A stretch of DNA of 64,000 nt from contig JACRNW010000006.1 of NCBI GenBank assembly GCA_016214745.1, forward strand, positions 13,367 to 77,366, in the 5' to 3' direction. Source of the stretch: Candidatus Falkowbacteria bacterium. Its GTDB lineage: Bacteria; Patescibacteriota; Patescibacteriia; XYB2-FULL-38-15. Positions within the stretch are counted from its first letter, which is position 1; each line of letters begins with the position of its first letter. This document shows, piece by piece, positions 47,238 to 56,039 of the stretch. The notes beneath the pieces were generated by a model, which saw only the letters and a list, made by a program, of their open reading frames with translations, did no database searches and was not told the DNA's origin. The position numbers and the translations under genes were made by a program.

Positions 47238-48680
47238 ATGGCACTTAGAGATTTTGGGGCGGACGAAGCTTTAGAAAAATATGGGAAAGAAAAAGGGACG
47301 GCCGAAAAGTCCGGCGAAGGCTGGACGGCGGATAGAAAGGAATTTGAAGCGGTCCGCAAAGAAAAAAAATTAAGAAAACCGGGGTCTGTTTCTAGATTTT
47401 TTAATCAATTTGGCATTGGAAAATATTGGGAGCGCCTGAATGATTATTTTGAGCAGGAAGAAAGAATGGAAAAGGAAGAGGCCGAAAGGGCGGCGGCCAA
47501 GGAAACAGCGGGGGATGTGAAAGCCGCGGCTGAGGAGAAAGTCGGCGCCATAAAAGCGGAAGGAACGGAAATGCCGAAAAAAATTGAAGCAAGCGCGGCG
47601 CGTGCCGGAGCCGAAGCGGCAGAAGCGGCGCCAATTGTTGCTGAAGCAAAAGCTGAAGAGACGCAAATTGAGCAAGAAGCAGAGGCGGCAAGGGCTGATT
47701 TGGGTGAAGAAGTAGAGATTCTTGAGCAAAGACCCCTAATGGATGAAGTCAAAGAAAAATATGAGAAAAAATATAAAGACACTCCGTTGCGGGAAATTGA
47801 CGTAAGGATTAAATATATTGAGCATCAGATGAAGGCGCAGGATAATCGCCATGATGAGATAGAGGAAGGTTTAAAAAGCGGTAAGCTTTTTAAATCGGAT
47901 GAGTTACGGGCCGAGCAGAAACAAATGGAAGAAAAGCGCGAGTGGTTTGAAACTGAACGGAAGATATTGCTCGAAATTAAAAAAGAAAAAACGCCAGCTA
48001 AGGCTGAAGTGAAAAAAATAAAAGCGGAAGAATCGCTCGCGTGGGAAGAGGCGGAAGAACCAGCCGTTGCCAAAGAAGCTAAAGAAGGGGCAGTGCCTTC
48101 GCCCGCGGAAGTAAAATCAGCTGAAGTTTTGTCTGAAGAAATAATTGAGCCGGCGGAAGAAGAAATGGAAAAAGCTAAGGTTAAACCAGTATCTTTGAAA
48201 AAGAAAAAAATCCAAGCCGGTCCGCCGTCAATTAAGGAGATAAAGCCAGTTGAAGTTTTAGGTGAGGAAGTTATTGGAGCTGAATCACTGACTCTATGGG
48301 ACGAAGTAGAACCGGCAACAATTTCCGTGACAGAAAGAAAAAAAATTGAAACTGGGCGATGGGAACCGAAAATTTCTGCCGAATTTAAGGCTCATGAACC
48401 TAAACTTTTTAGCGAAATGGAAAAGGCATTTTTTGCTAAAGGAGAAAAGGGAAGTAAGGCGCGGCTGGAGCGCATGTTGAGTTCTTTAGAAAAAGTTGGC
48501 GAGGCTTATGCAAAACAAAAGACAGAAAAAGAAATTTCCGCGGCCGACCTGAAGGCGTTAAAGAAATGGATCGCCGAGACGAAGGCGGCAATAAATGTAT
48601 TGCAACGGGCTCCAGAAGAAATGAAGCCGGTAAAAGTTGTGGAGTTGAAGAAAAAGAAGAAAGCGGGAAGAGCGGCCTAG
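47238..48680 (+). CDS. E/K/A-rich low-complexity coiled-coil protein
   Basis: 480 aa with strongly biased composition. Several antisense ORFs in the track are artefacts of this bias. Confidence 0.45.
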   Translation: MALRDFGADEALEKYGKEKGTAEKSGEGWTADRKEFEAVRKEKKLRKPGSVSRFFNQFGIGKYWERLNDYFEQEERMEKEEAERAAAKETAGDVKAAAEEKVGAIKAEGTEMPKKIEASAARAGAEAAEAAPIVAEAKAEETQIEQEAEAARADLGEEVEILEQRPLMDEVKEKYEKKYKDTPLREIDVRIKYIEHQMKAQDNRHDEIEEGLKSGKLFKSDELRAEQKQMEEKREWFETERKILLEIKKEKTPAKAEVKKIKAEESLAWEEAEEPAVAKEAKEGAVPSPAEVKSAEVLSEEIIEPAEEEMEKAKVKPVSLKKKKIQAGPPSIKEIKPVEVLGEEVIGAESLTLWDEVEPATISVTERKKIETGRWEPKISAEFKAHEPKLFSEMEKAFFAKGEKGSKARLERMLSSLEKVGEAYAKQKTEKEISAADLKALKKWIAETKAAINVLQRAPEEMKPVKVVELKKKKKAGRAA

Positions 48681-48740
48681 GGTCTTGCCAAAATTTTAAA
48701 TTTGTGCTATTATTGAATATTAATAAATTAACTTTTTAAT

Positions 48741-49145
48741 ATGTTTAGAGAAGGTGAAGTTCCGCCGGAAGTCGCGGCGGAATATGAAAAAATGGAAGGA
48801 AAAAATATGGAACCAAAACATGAAGCAGCTGCTGCAGTGGAAAGAGAAACTGATGTTGGCAGTTTACAAGCCGGAGTATTAAGCCCAGAAGATTTTGTGA
48901 AGTCGGTTTTAGCCCGCGAAGGCGGAGATCCGAGGAGAGCGGTAATGGCCACCCACAGCATAAAAGAATTTTGGATTAAACAACTTGATGAAGGAAATAT
49001 CACGCCCCAAGAATTTAGTGATGGCGTTTATAACGCCGCGGTCAAAATGCTGAAAGAGAGAAAGGGTCCGACAGAGAAAGAGAAAGCCAGAGAAGAGGCG
49101 CAGAAGGCAAGGCTTGAAAATATTCGGGGAAGACGAGCGGCTTAA
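48741..49145 (+). CDS. hypothetical protein
   Basis: 134-aa ORF followed by a bidirectional terminator at 49160-49200 (agcatcctcggaaagcggggatgct + tttgttttt). Confidence 0.4.
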   Translation: MFREGEVPPEVAAEYEKMEGKNMEPKHEAAAAVERETDVGSLQAGVLSPEDFVKSVLAREGGDPRRAVMATHSIKEFWIKQLDEGNITPQEFSDGVYNAAVKMLKERKGPTEKEKAREEAQKARLENIRGRRAA

Positions 49146-49223
49146 ATTTAAAAGAAAAAAAGAAGCATCCTCGGAAAGCGGGGATGCTTTTGTTTTTGCC
49201 TCCTTTCTTTGCTGGTCTCGACC

Positions 49224-49691
49224 TCATCGAGACAGCCTGACCATGCGAAGCAGCTTGGTGAAGGCGCCGCGGCAGTAAGCCTCTGCGCCGCCGTTTTCGA
49301 CAGGCGTGCCCTCGAGCAGTGTTTCGAACCCTTCGTACAGATCGTGCCGGAAGGTGTTCAGGGCGTGCGTGATTTCCCGCATTACTCGGGCACGGGCGTC
49401 GCGATTGCTCCATTCGCGAGTGGCCCGTTCGTAGGTTTCGCGGCTGATTACGGGCAGCGAATTTCCGGCCCGCATTCGTTCGACCGTCTCCAGAATCACC
49501 CAGAGGTAGTAGAGGAAGGCGAGATTTTCCCAAGTCTCGCCGGGATTCGCTCCGAAGATCTCGGCCAGACCATCCCGCACTTCTTCGAGCCAGTCGGCCG
49601 TAGCCGATTCGTCCGCTCGCAGGTCAACGATCAAACCGTTGAATTGGTCCCGGACAGAATTCCGACGCTTTTTGGCGTGTGTATCTTCCAT
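49224..49691 (-). CDS. GC-rich islet protein B (hypothetical; possible paralog of A and C)
   Basis: Promoter TTGACA-17-TAAGGT (49719-49747, minus) and SD aaaggagg. C-terminal LLRMVRL parallels ILRMIQL of protein C. Confidence 0.45.
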   Translation of the reverse strand: MEDTHAKKRRNSVRDQFNGLIVDLRADESATADWLEEVRDGLAEIFGANPGETWENLAFLYYLWVILETVERMRAGNSLPVISRETYERATREWSNRDARARVMREITHALNTFRHDLYEGFETLLEGTPVENGGAEAYCRGAFTKLLRMVRLSR

Positions 49692-49718
49692 CGTGTCCTC
49701 CTTTCCGAATGGACTCTA

Positions 49719-49747
49719 AACCTTAAATCATTTTTTCTTTTTTGTCA
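49719..49747 (-). promoter_or_regulatory. sigma70-type promoter of islet gene B
   Basis: Minus-strand read cTTGACAaaaaagaaaaaatgattTAAGGT. Confidence 0.45.
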
Positions 49748-49843
49748 AGGGTAAATATTTCTCGTTATCTACGCTCATTCGTTAATAAAATAAAAAAAGA
49801 GGCTAACCTTACCGGCGCCTCTTATTTCTTCCCCCCATCTTCT

Positions 49844-50305
49844 TCAGTCGGCTGCTCGCAGCTCCTTGCTTCGTGCGCGTTCAAGCTGGATCATTCTCAG
49901 GATTACGGCGAAGATGTGTTCAACCAGCCTTCTGACGTGAAGCGACGCGATTGACTCGTTGAGTGTCGGTCTGAACTCACAATCGATGGTCTCGCGAAAC
50001 TGGTCGAAACTTTCATCATCAAGTGCGTTGTTCGGAACTTCACCGAGTCCACGCCATGCCTCGCCGGACGAATTAGAGGAGATTCGCGGCAGTTGATGGT
50101 CCAGCAATTTCTCGACGCTTTGCAGGCCTTTGAACATCACCGACATCGCCTTCAGGAAGTCGGAAGAAGCCAACTCAGAACCCCGAGCTCTTGCCCTGTT
50201 GAAGGCTTTCGCGATTTCGGGGTTGCTTTCCTGGAAGTCCTGGAATTTCTGGAAGGCAAAATTGTGCGGTTCTGCCCTTTCGGACGATTCCTCCTTGTTT
50301 CCCAT
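49844..50305 (-). CDS. GC-rich islet protein C (hypothetical; possible paralog of A and B)
   Basis: Promoter TTGACA-17-TAAAGT (50330-50358, minus) and SD aaaggagg, with the same architecture as gene B. Confidence 0.45.
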   Translation of the reverse strand: MGNKEESSERAEPHNFAFQKFQDFQESNPEIAKAFNRARARGSELASSDFLKAMSVMFKGLQSVEKLLDHQLPRISSNSSGEAWRGLGEVPNNALDDESFDQFRETIDCEFRPTLNESIASLHVRRLVEHIFAVILRMIQLERARSKELRAAD

Positions 50306-50329
50306 ACTGCCCCTCCTTTTCGACTTTTA

Positions 50330-50358
50330 ACTTTAAGATACCATTTCGTTTTTGTCAA
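50330..50358 (-). promoter_or_regulatory. sigma70-type promoter of islet gene C
   Basis: Minus-strand read tTTGACAaaaacgaaatggtatctTAAAGT. The layout is conserved with the gene B promoter. Confidence 0.45.
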
Positions 50359-50414
50359 ACACGATTTTGTGATATGATTGCTAAATAGTTTGTTAAAAAA
50401 TTAACTAAAAGATT

Positions 50415-51065
50415 ATGAAACTTTGGAAAAAAATAGATTGGTTAATGCTCTTTTTTCTTCTTTTGATTTTTGCAGTTGGAATTTATATGGCACCGAATAT
50501 GCCGGACCGGGTTCCGACGCACTGGAATATCCGAGGGGAAGTTGACGGCTGGGGTTCAAAATACATCAATTTATTTTTGACGCCGAGTATTGCTTTAGCA
50601 ACATATCTTTTGATGTCTTTTTTGCCGGCGATTGATCCTTTCCGCAAAAATTATGAAAAATTCGCCAAACCGTATTTGTACTTTAAAATTTTCTTGGCGT
50701 TTTTCTTTGTTTATCTGGAAATATTTTTACTTTATTCCTCAGTCCGTTTTAGCCCGCCGCAGGGGAGTTTGATGTTCGCGATACCCTTTTCTTTACTTTT
50801 ATGTTTTATCGGATGGATTCTGCCGCAACTTAAAAGAAATTTTTTTATTGGCATCAAAACACCGTGGAGTCTTGTTTCCGACGATAATTGGAAAAAGACA
50901 CACGACTTCGGCGGTAAGGTGTTTATTCTGGCCGGCGTGGCGAGTTTAATCGCCGCCTTTTTTGGCAGCGTCGCGAGTTTCGTAGTTTTAATCGCCAGCG
51001 TTTTTGTTGCCGCGTTTGCCACCTTCATTTACAGTTATTTGATATATAGAAAGGAGAAAAAATAA
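50415..51065 (+). CDS. membrane protein, DUF1648/SdpI-like
   Basis: 216 aa, polytopic. The N-terminal region (PNMPDRVPTHWNIRGEVDGWGSKY) resembles DUF1648. Confidence 0.45.
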   Translation: MKLWKKIDWLMLFFLLLIFAVGIYMAPNMPDRVPTHWNIRGEVDGWGSKYINLFLTPSIALATYLLMSFLPAIDPFRKNYEKFAKPYLYFKIFLAFFFVYLEIFLLYSSVRFSPPQGSLMFAIPFSLLLCFIGWILPQLKRNFFIGIKTPWSLVSDDNWKKTHDFGGKVFILAGVASLIAAFFGSVASFVVLIASVFVAAFATFIYSYLIYRKEKK

Positions 51066-51066
51066 T

Positions 51067-51339
51067 ATGGCCAAAGAAAATTTTACCGCCGATGAGGCGA
51101 AAAAAATCGGCGAGGAGTTGGGTATTGATTGGAGTAAGTTTGACGTAGAGCAATTCAGAAAGGGGATGGATGTTGAATTGGAGCATGGCGCGCGCGATCC
51201 ACACACCAACGTCACAAATGATGATCCGCTGACGACCGGGAAAATCGCCCTGGCCCACCTGAATGAATTTCCCGACTACTACACGAGATTGGATAAGTTG
51301 GAAAAAGAAGCAGATGCGTTTTTTCAGAAACAAGTATAA
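51067..51339 (+). CDS. small conserved hypothetical protein
   Basis: 90-aa ORF. Its ATG overlaps the stop of the upstream gene. Confidence 0.4.
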   Translation: MAKENFTADEAKKIGEELGIDWSKFDVEQFRKGMDVELEHGARDPHTNVTNDDPLTTGKIALAHLNEFPDYYTRLDKLEKEADAFFQKQV

Positions 51340-51396
51340 AATTTTTAATCAAAAACACGGCTCCGGGTACGCGGGCCGTGTTTTATTTTGTTTTTG

Positions 51397-53256
51397 TTAT
51401 TGAACCGTTACTGAATAATCATTGCTGTAGAAAACACATCCACCTCCGCCGTTATAGGCGCAAACGCGGAAGTGGTAAGTGCCGGGATCCACGACGTCCC
51501 AGGTATAACTGCCTTTCATGTCAGGCGAGGAAAGATAAACATATTCATTGCCCGGATAAACGGGGTTTGGTTCAAGAGATTTCACCAATTTGTATCCGTA
51601 AGGCGAATTTCCGGAAAGTGCCCAGGAGAGGGTAATCATTCTTCCTGTTTTTATCCAACCGGTCAAGGCTAGAGTTCCATAAACTTCGCCTGAGGCCGCG
51701 CCGTTTGATTTAGCGGTGAGTTTTAAATCATTGCTGTAAGTGCCGCAAGCGCCGCCTTCATAGATGCAAATTCTAAAGTGCCAAACCTTTCCGTCGTTCA
51801 CCTGCCAGAGATAACTTTTGGTATCGGGATTTAAGTAAATCGCCGAATCTCCCGGGTAAGTCGGATAGGCTGTAAGCGATTTTACGAGTTTAAATCCTTT
51901 CGGCGCGGTAATGCCCGAAAGAGACCAGGAAAGATTAATACCGTCAGCGCCGACCCAACCTTTGAGATAAAGTGGCAATGCTTGAACCGCCTCGCCCTTT
52001 CTTGTTACGGTGATTTCTTTTGTCGTGGCATTACCAGAATCATCTTTGGCTTTAATCGCAATTTTATTGCCGCCGACTTTCAAATCAATAATTTTTTCAA
52101 ATGATCCGTCTTTGTTTTCCGCCAAAGCACCATTCACAAAGACTTTGGCTCCGGCCTCGGTCGTGCCGCGCACGGCCACGCGGAGTAATTCGGTTTCAAT
52201 TCCATCTAACGGTTCTCTGATATTTATTTCCGGCGCTGTCACATCAGACAAAACTCCGAGGGGATAAGATTTTTCACTGTCTTCTGTGCGGTTCCAGGCG
52301 TAAAATCCGTCTTGCGCAGTTTCTTCTTTGGGCAGAGGAATTTTTTTTGCCGTATCTTCAATCGGTTTTGTCATATCAACAATTAATTCTTCACCTTCGC
52401 TTACTTCTTTTTCCAAAGTTTCATCATTTTTTACAATTTTTACTTTGACTTTGCTTTCCACAACCTTGACGATAACTTTTTTCTCGCCCTTTTTAACCCA
52501 GTTTGAATTTTCTGTGGCTACGCCAAAAGCCGTGCCGAGCGCCGTTGTTTCTGTGTCGCTGGATTTAACTTTGTAGGTTAAACCAGAAGTTTTATTGACG
52601 CGGCTGTAGGTTTCACCAACCACTTGCGTGACAGAAATATTTTTGTTATTAATTTCTTCTAAAATTACATGAGTATTTTCATCAAGCCGAAGAGCGCTGC
52701 CTTCGTCAAATTCTAAAACTGCCTTGCTTGATTCTCCGGTTCTAAGTTGTGATTGGCCGGCGAGAGTTACGCCTACTGCCACAGGTTTCCATTCGCTGCC
52801 GTTCCAAATTTCAACTTGTCCGTCAGCCACGGAAAGATGCGCCGCCAGCGCGCCGTTAAAATTTCCGGCCGGACCACGGGTAAAATAAATTCCGAGAGCC
52901 AAGGCTATAACGACCACGGCCGCGCCGGCGAGCGCGAGAGTGACTCGACTTAAATTGAAAGGCAGGGTCATAGGAATTTCCTTTCTTGATTCTTGGGTTC
53001 TGGTCTGCTCGTTTATTAAATTTTTAGCAGTTGCTTTAGAACCGACAAGATTAAAATATTTATGATAAAAATTTTCTCTGATGCGGTTTTTTTCTTCCGG
53101 AGAAATAGAAACTTCGCCGGGTCTCGCGAGTCTGGCCGCTTGAATTTTTCCGGCCAGAGTATAGAGAATTTTTTCTTTTACTTCAAGTTCAGCCGGTTTT
53201 TTTTCTTCCCAGGCCTTGATAAATTTTTTTGATTTTTTATTTAAAAATTGAAACAT
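51397..53256 (-). CDS. putative anti-sigma factor with a single TM and two tandem C-terminal repeat domains of about 90 aa
   Basis: Located immediately downstream of the ECF sigma gene. TM LALAGAAVVVIALALGIYF. Repeats read ...GFKLVKSLTAYPTYPGDSAIYL...WHFRICIYEGGACGTYSND and ...GYKLVKSLEPNPVYPGNEYVYL...YHFRVCAYNGGGGCVFYSND. Confidence 0.5.
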   Translation of the reverse strand: MFQFLNKKSKKFIKAWEEKKPAELEVKEKILYTLAGKIQAARLARPGEVSISPEEKNRIRENFYHKYFNLVGSKATAKNLINEQTRTQESRKEIPMTLPFNLSRVTLALAGAAVVVIALALGIYFTRGPAGNFNGALAAHLSVADGQVEIWNGSEWKPVAVGVTLAGQSQLRTGESSKAVLEFDEGSALRLDENTHVILEEINNKNISVTQVVGETYSRVNKTSGLTYKVKSSDTETTALGTAFGVATENSNWVKKGEKKVIVKVVESKVKVKIVKNDETLEKEVSEGEELIVDMTKPIEDTAKKIPLPKEETAQDGFYAWNRTEDSEKSYPLGVLSDVTAPEINIREPLDGIETELLRVAVRGTTEAGAKVFVNGALAENKDGSFEKIIDLKVGGNKIAIKAKDDSGNATTKEITVTRKGEAVQALPLYLKGWVGADGINLSWSLSGITAPKGFKLVKSLTAYPTYPGDSAIYLNPDTKSYLWQVNDGKVWHFRICIYEGGACGTYSNDLKLTAKSNGAASGEVYGTLALTGWIKTGRMITLSWALSGNSPYGYKLVKSLEPNPVYPGNEYVYLSSPDMKGSYTWDVVDPGTYHFRVCAYNGGGGCVFYSNDYSVTVQ

Positions 53257-53266
53257 GTTTGTGAAA

Positions 53267-53836
53267 TTAGAAATTGATTTCCAAAAATTCCGGGTTGCCG
53301 ATCAGATGTTTTCTCATTAAACGCAAAGCTCGGTGAACTCTTACAGCCACGGCGCCTTTGCCGCATCCGACGATTTCCGCGATTTCATCGTTTGATAGTT
53401 CTTCAAAAAATTTTAAAGACAAAACGGTTTGATATTTTTCGGGAAGATTATTTATTGTTTTTCTAATGAATACTTTTCGTTCGTCGTCTTCAAGACTGGA
53501 AACTGCCTTTTTGCCGGTTTCAATTTGCGCCGGTTCGTAGGCCTCGACCGCGTCGGTTAGAATTTCTTTTTTCTTGCGGGTGTAATCAATCAAAGTATTC
53601 CTCGCGATTTTAAAAAGCCAGGCGGCAAAAGAAACGCCGCGGTCGTCATATTTTCCGAGATTCGCCAGGGCCTTAGCAAAAACTTCCGACGTTAAATCTT
53701 CGGCCAATTCTTTTTGCCCGGCGCGGTTTAGAAGAAAACCGTAGATTTTGGGGAGATAATGGTTGTATAATTCCTCAAAAGCGGCTACGTTTTCCTGAGC
53801 TTTTTTGATTAATTGTCGCTCAAGTTCGCGATCCAT
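53267..53836 (-). CDS. ECF-type RNA polymerase sigma factor
   Basis: Sigma-70 regions 2 and 4 (FAAWLFKIARNTLIDYTR; LSNDEIAEIVGCGKGAVAVRVHRAL). Confidence 0.8.
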   Translation of the reverse strand: MDRELERQLIKKAQENVAAFEELYNHYLPKIYGFLLNRAGQKELAEDLTSEVFAKALANLGKYDDRGVSFAAWLFKIARNTLIDYTRKKKEILTDAVEAYEPAQIETGKKAVSSLEDDERKVFIRKTINNLPEKYQTVLSLKFFEELSNDEIAEIVGCGKGAVAVRVHRALRLMRKHLIGNPEFLEINF

Positions 53837-53980
53837 ATTTGACTCCTTGTTTTAAGATAACGCAAGGTTTGATGAAAAATTACAGCTAAAAAGAGGTTTT
53901 TTAAATATTTATTTTATGTTATACTAATAAAGTAATAAAATCAATTTAAAATGCCGCACGGGCGGCTTAATGCAAAAAAT

Positions 53981-54316
53981 ATGGCACTTCTATTTCGTTG
54001 GTTAATTTACGCGGTGGCGATTATGCTTTTAACTTACATTGTGCCGGGCATTTCCGTAAAGAATTTCTATTCAGCGCTTTTAGCCGCGCTTGTTTTGGGT
54101 CTTGTGAACGCCGTAATTCGGCCGCTTATAATTTTACTGACTCTGCCGGTAAATATTCTGACTCTCGGTCTTTTTACGCTCGTGATTAACGCTCTGATGT
54201 TATGGTTTGTCGCTTCAATCGTTAAAGGTTTTGATGTTAAGAATTTTGTAGCTGCCTTTTTGGGCGCCTTGGTTTTATGGGCAGTCGGTTGGCTGACGAA
54301 CGCGTTGACGAAGTAA
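53981..54316 (+). CDS. DUF360-like small membrane protein
   Basis: About 111 aa with 3-4 TM. Start placed at MALLFRW. Confidence 0.5.
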   Translation: MALLFRWLIYAVAIMLLTYIVPGISVKNFYSALLAALVLGLVNAVIRPLIILLTLPVNILTLGLFTLVINALMLWFVASIVKGFDVKNFVAAFLGALVLWAVGWLTNALTK

Positions 54317-54358
54317 TTTGTAATTTGTAATTGGGTAACTAAGTAATTAAGTAATTAA
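54313..54358. repeat. Palindromic element family P3, copy 3 (short)
   Basis: gtaatttgtaatttgtaattgggtaactaagtaattaagtaattaa. Confidence 0.55.
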
Positions 54359-54362
54359 AAAT

Positions 54363-54845
54363 ATGAAAAAAATTATTTTTCTTACGGCGCTAATTTTAGC
54401 GGTTTTAGTTTTATCCGGAGCGGGATGCGCTTGGTTTCCATCCGAGAGGGAAGAGGCGACAAACGTGCCGCGAGAGACGGAAACAAACGTTAACGCGCCG
54501 GCCGATCCAACTGCCGGCTGGGAAGTTTATGAGAGCGTTCCATGGGCAATTGAAATGAAATATCCGTCAACATATAAAACTGTTATTGATACTTATGGCT
54601 GGCCGCATGCCCTGGTTCATTTTATTGAAGTGGCGCCGGGCGCGCAATCTTATCGGGCGCAGATTGAAACTTGGGATAACGAAGGAGATTTTCGTACAAC
54701 TTATGGCCGAGATCCGGCGTATATTGTTGAACACCTAAACGGTAAAAATTGGGTGACAGTTGATTACAACCCCAATCCGACAAATCCGGCCGTGGCCGAA
54801 GAATGGGAATTGATTATTTCCACTTTCCGTTTTACCGCGCCGTAA
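54363..54845 (+). CDS. putative lipoprotein
   Basis: Signal peptide with lipobox (LSGAGCAW). Confidence 0.45.
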   Translation: MKKIIFLTALILAVLVLSGAGCAWFPSEREEATNVPRETETNVNAPADPTAGWEVYESVPWAIEMKYPSTYKTVIDTYGWPHALVHFIEVAPGAQSYRAQIETWDNEGDFRTTYGRDPAYIVEHLNGKNWVTVDYNPNPTNPAVAEEWELIISTFRFTAP

Positions 54846-54867
54846 TCTAAAATCTAAAATATAAATT

Positions 54868-55077
54868 ATGCCAGACATTGATTCAATTTGGGAAGAACTG
54901 CTCGCGCGCTTTGATTATGTCGTGCCCGAAAGCCACGAAGCTTTTATTGAAGAGGCCGAGGCCGCGATCGGCGAACTCACCGAGCTTGGTAAAATTTCGC
55001 CCGAAGAAGACGTCAAAGCGATTATGGAAGCGCTTGAGGTAAGGTGGGATGATTATCTGAAAGAGAAAAAGGTTTAA
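54868..55077 (+). CDS. small acidic hypothetical protein
   Basis: 69-aa ORF. Confidence 0.3.
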   Translation: MPDIDSIWEELLARFDYVVPESHEAFIEEAEAAIGELTELGKISPEEDVKAIMEALEVRWDDYLKEKKV

Positions 55078-55079
55078 GT

Positions 55080-55415
55080 ATGGATGAGGCCAAGTTCAAA
55101 GAGTCCAGGGAATTTTTTTGGACCAAACACGCGATTGCCAAAATGTTTTTTTACGGCCTCGCGCCGAGTCGGGTAAAAAAGATTTTCCGCGCGCCAGATC
55201 GGACCGAAGAGGGAATCGCTCCTCGGACAGTGGCAATGATGCAAAAAGTCGGCAAGGGCAAAAGACAAACAGAGATTTGGGTAATGTGGCAAAAAGGAAA
55301 AAACGGACAGAAAAAAATCATCGCCGCCTGGCGGTATCCAGGGACCAGTCCCGTGAAAGAAATTCCCATCCCGCCAGAAATTTTGGCAGAGCTAAGCTCA
55401 GTTTTGAAGAATTAA
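55080..55415 (+). CDS. hypothetical protein
   Basis: 111-aa ORF followed by the terminator ccggacgcatcgtagtccgg + ttttttg (55433-55460). Confidence 0.4.
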   Translation: MDEAKFKESREFFWTKHAIAKMFFYGLAPSRVKKIFRAPDRTEEGIAPRTVAMMQKVGKGKRQTEIWVMWQKGKNGQKKIIAAWRYPGTSPVKEIPIPPEILAELSSVLKN

Positions 55416-55541
55416 ATAATAAAAAATAAAAACCGGACGCATCGTAGTCCGGTTTTTTGAAAATTTAAAATTTTATAAAAAAAGCCCGAACCGGAAGTGA
55501 GTCAGTCGTGACTCAACTTGTCGGTTCGGGCGCATGGCGCA

Positions 55542-55916
55542 CTACTCGGTCGCGATCATCTGGAACGAGAGTGGTTCTCCGCACTCGCTGCAGTGGAAGC
55601 GCTTGGTCGTTGGCTTGCCAAAGTTCTTGCAGGTAGCCCGTGAACAGGTGCCGATGAGGGCTGGAGTGCCCCGCGTGACCGTGAAGGGCACTTCGGTGAT
55701 CTTGAGTTCCCAGCCCTGCGGCAGAACTTCCCGAAGTTTTTCGGCATTCTTCCTGGCCGTGGCGTCGGAAGAAACTTGGCCGTCCGGCAGATCAGTGAAG
55801 AGAAATCGTCCAGAGCCGACCGGCACCTTGAGATCCGGCGCCTTCGGGTCGTCGCTTGGCCGATAGATTGTAATGTGGTACAGCTTGGGCGTTCCCGGCT
55901 GTGTTGATTCTCCCAT
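55542..55916 (-). CDS. GC-rich islet protein E with a C-terminal zinc-ribbon-like motif
   Basis: TCSRATCKNF...FHCSECGEPL (two Cys pairs). SD ggaaagggagg. Long hairpin terminator at 55470-55530. Confidence 0.45.
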   Translation of the reverse strand: MGESTQPGTPKLYHITIYRPSDDPKAPDLKVPVGSGRFLFTDLPDGQVSSDATARKNAEKLREVLPQGWELKITEVPFTVTRGTPALIGTCSRATCKNFGKPTTKRFHCSECGEPLSFQMIATE

Positions 55917-56039
55917 GATTTACCTCCCTTTCCCTCGCTTCATCTTGGCATTTTGGTTTGATTTTGTCAAGAGATATGGCGCGATAAAGAAAATTTTAGT
56001 ATAATTGATATTAGGGGAAGTAATTTTTAACCTAAATTT

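Noticed and set aside
47370-48073. Several minus-strand ORFs (119, 96, 112 and 82 aa) inside the E/K-rich gene
   Set aside because: They are antisense artefacts of a compositionally biased coding region, such as the poly-Ala/Ser/Leu translations.
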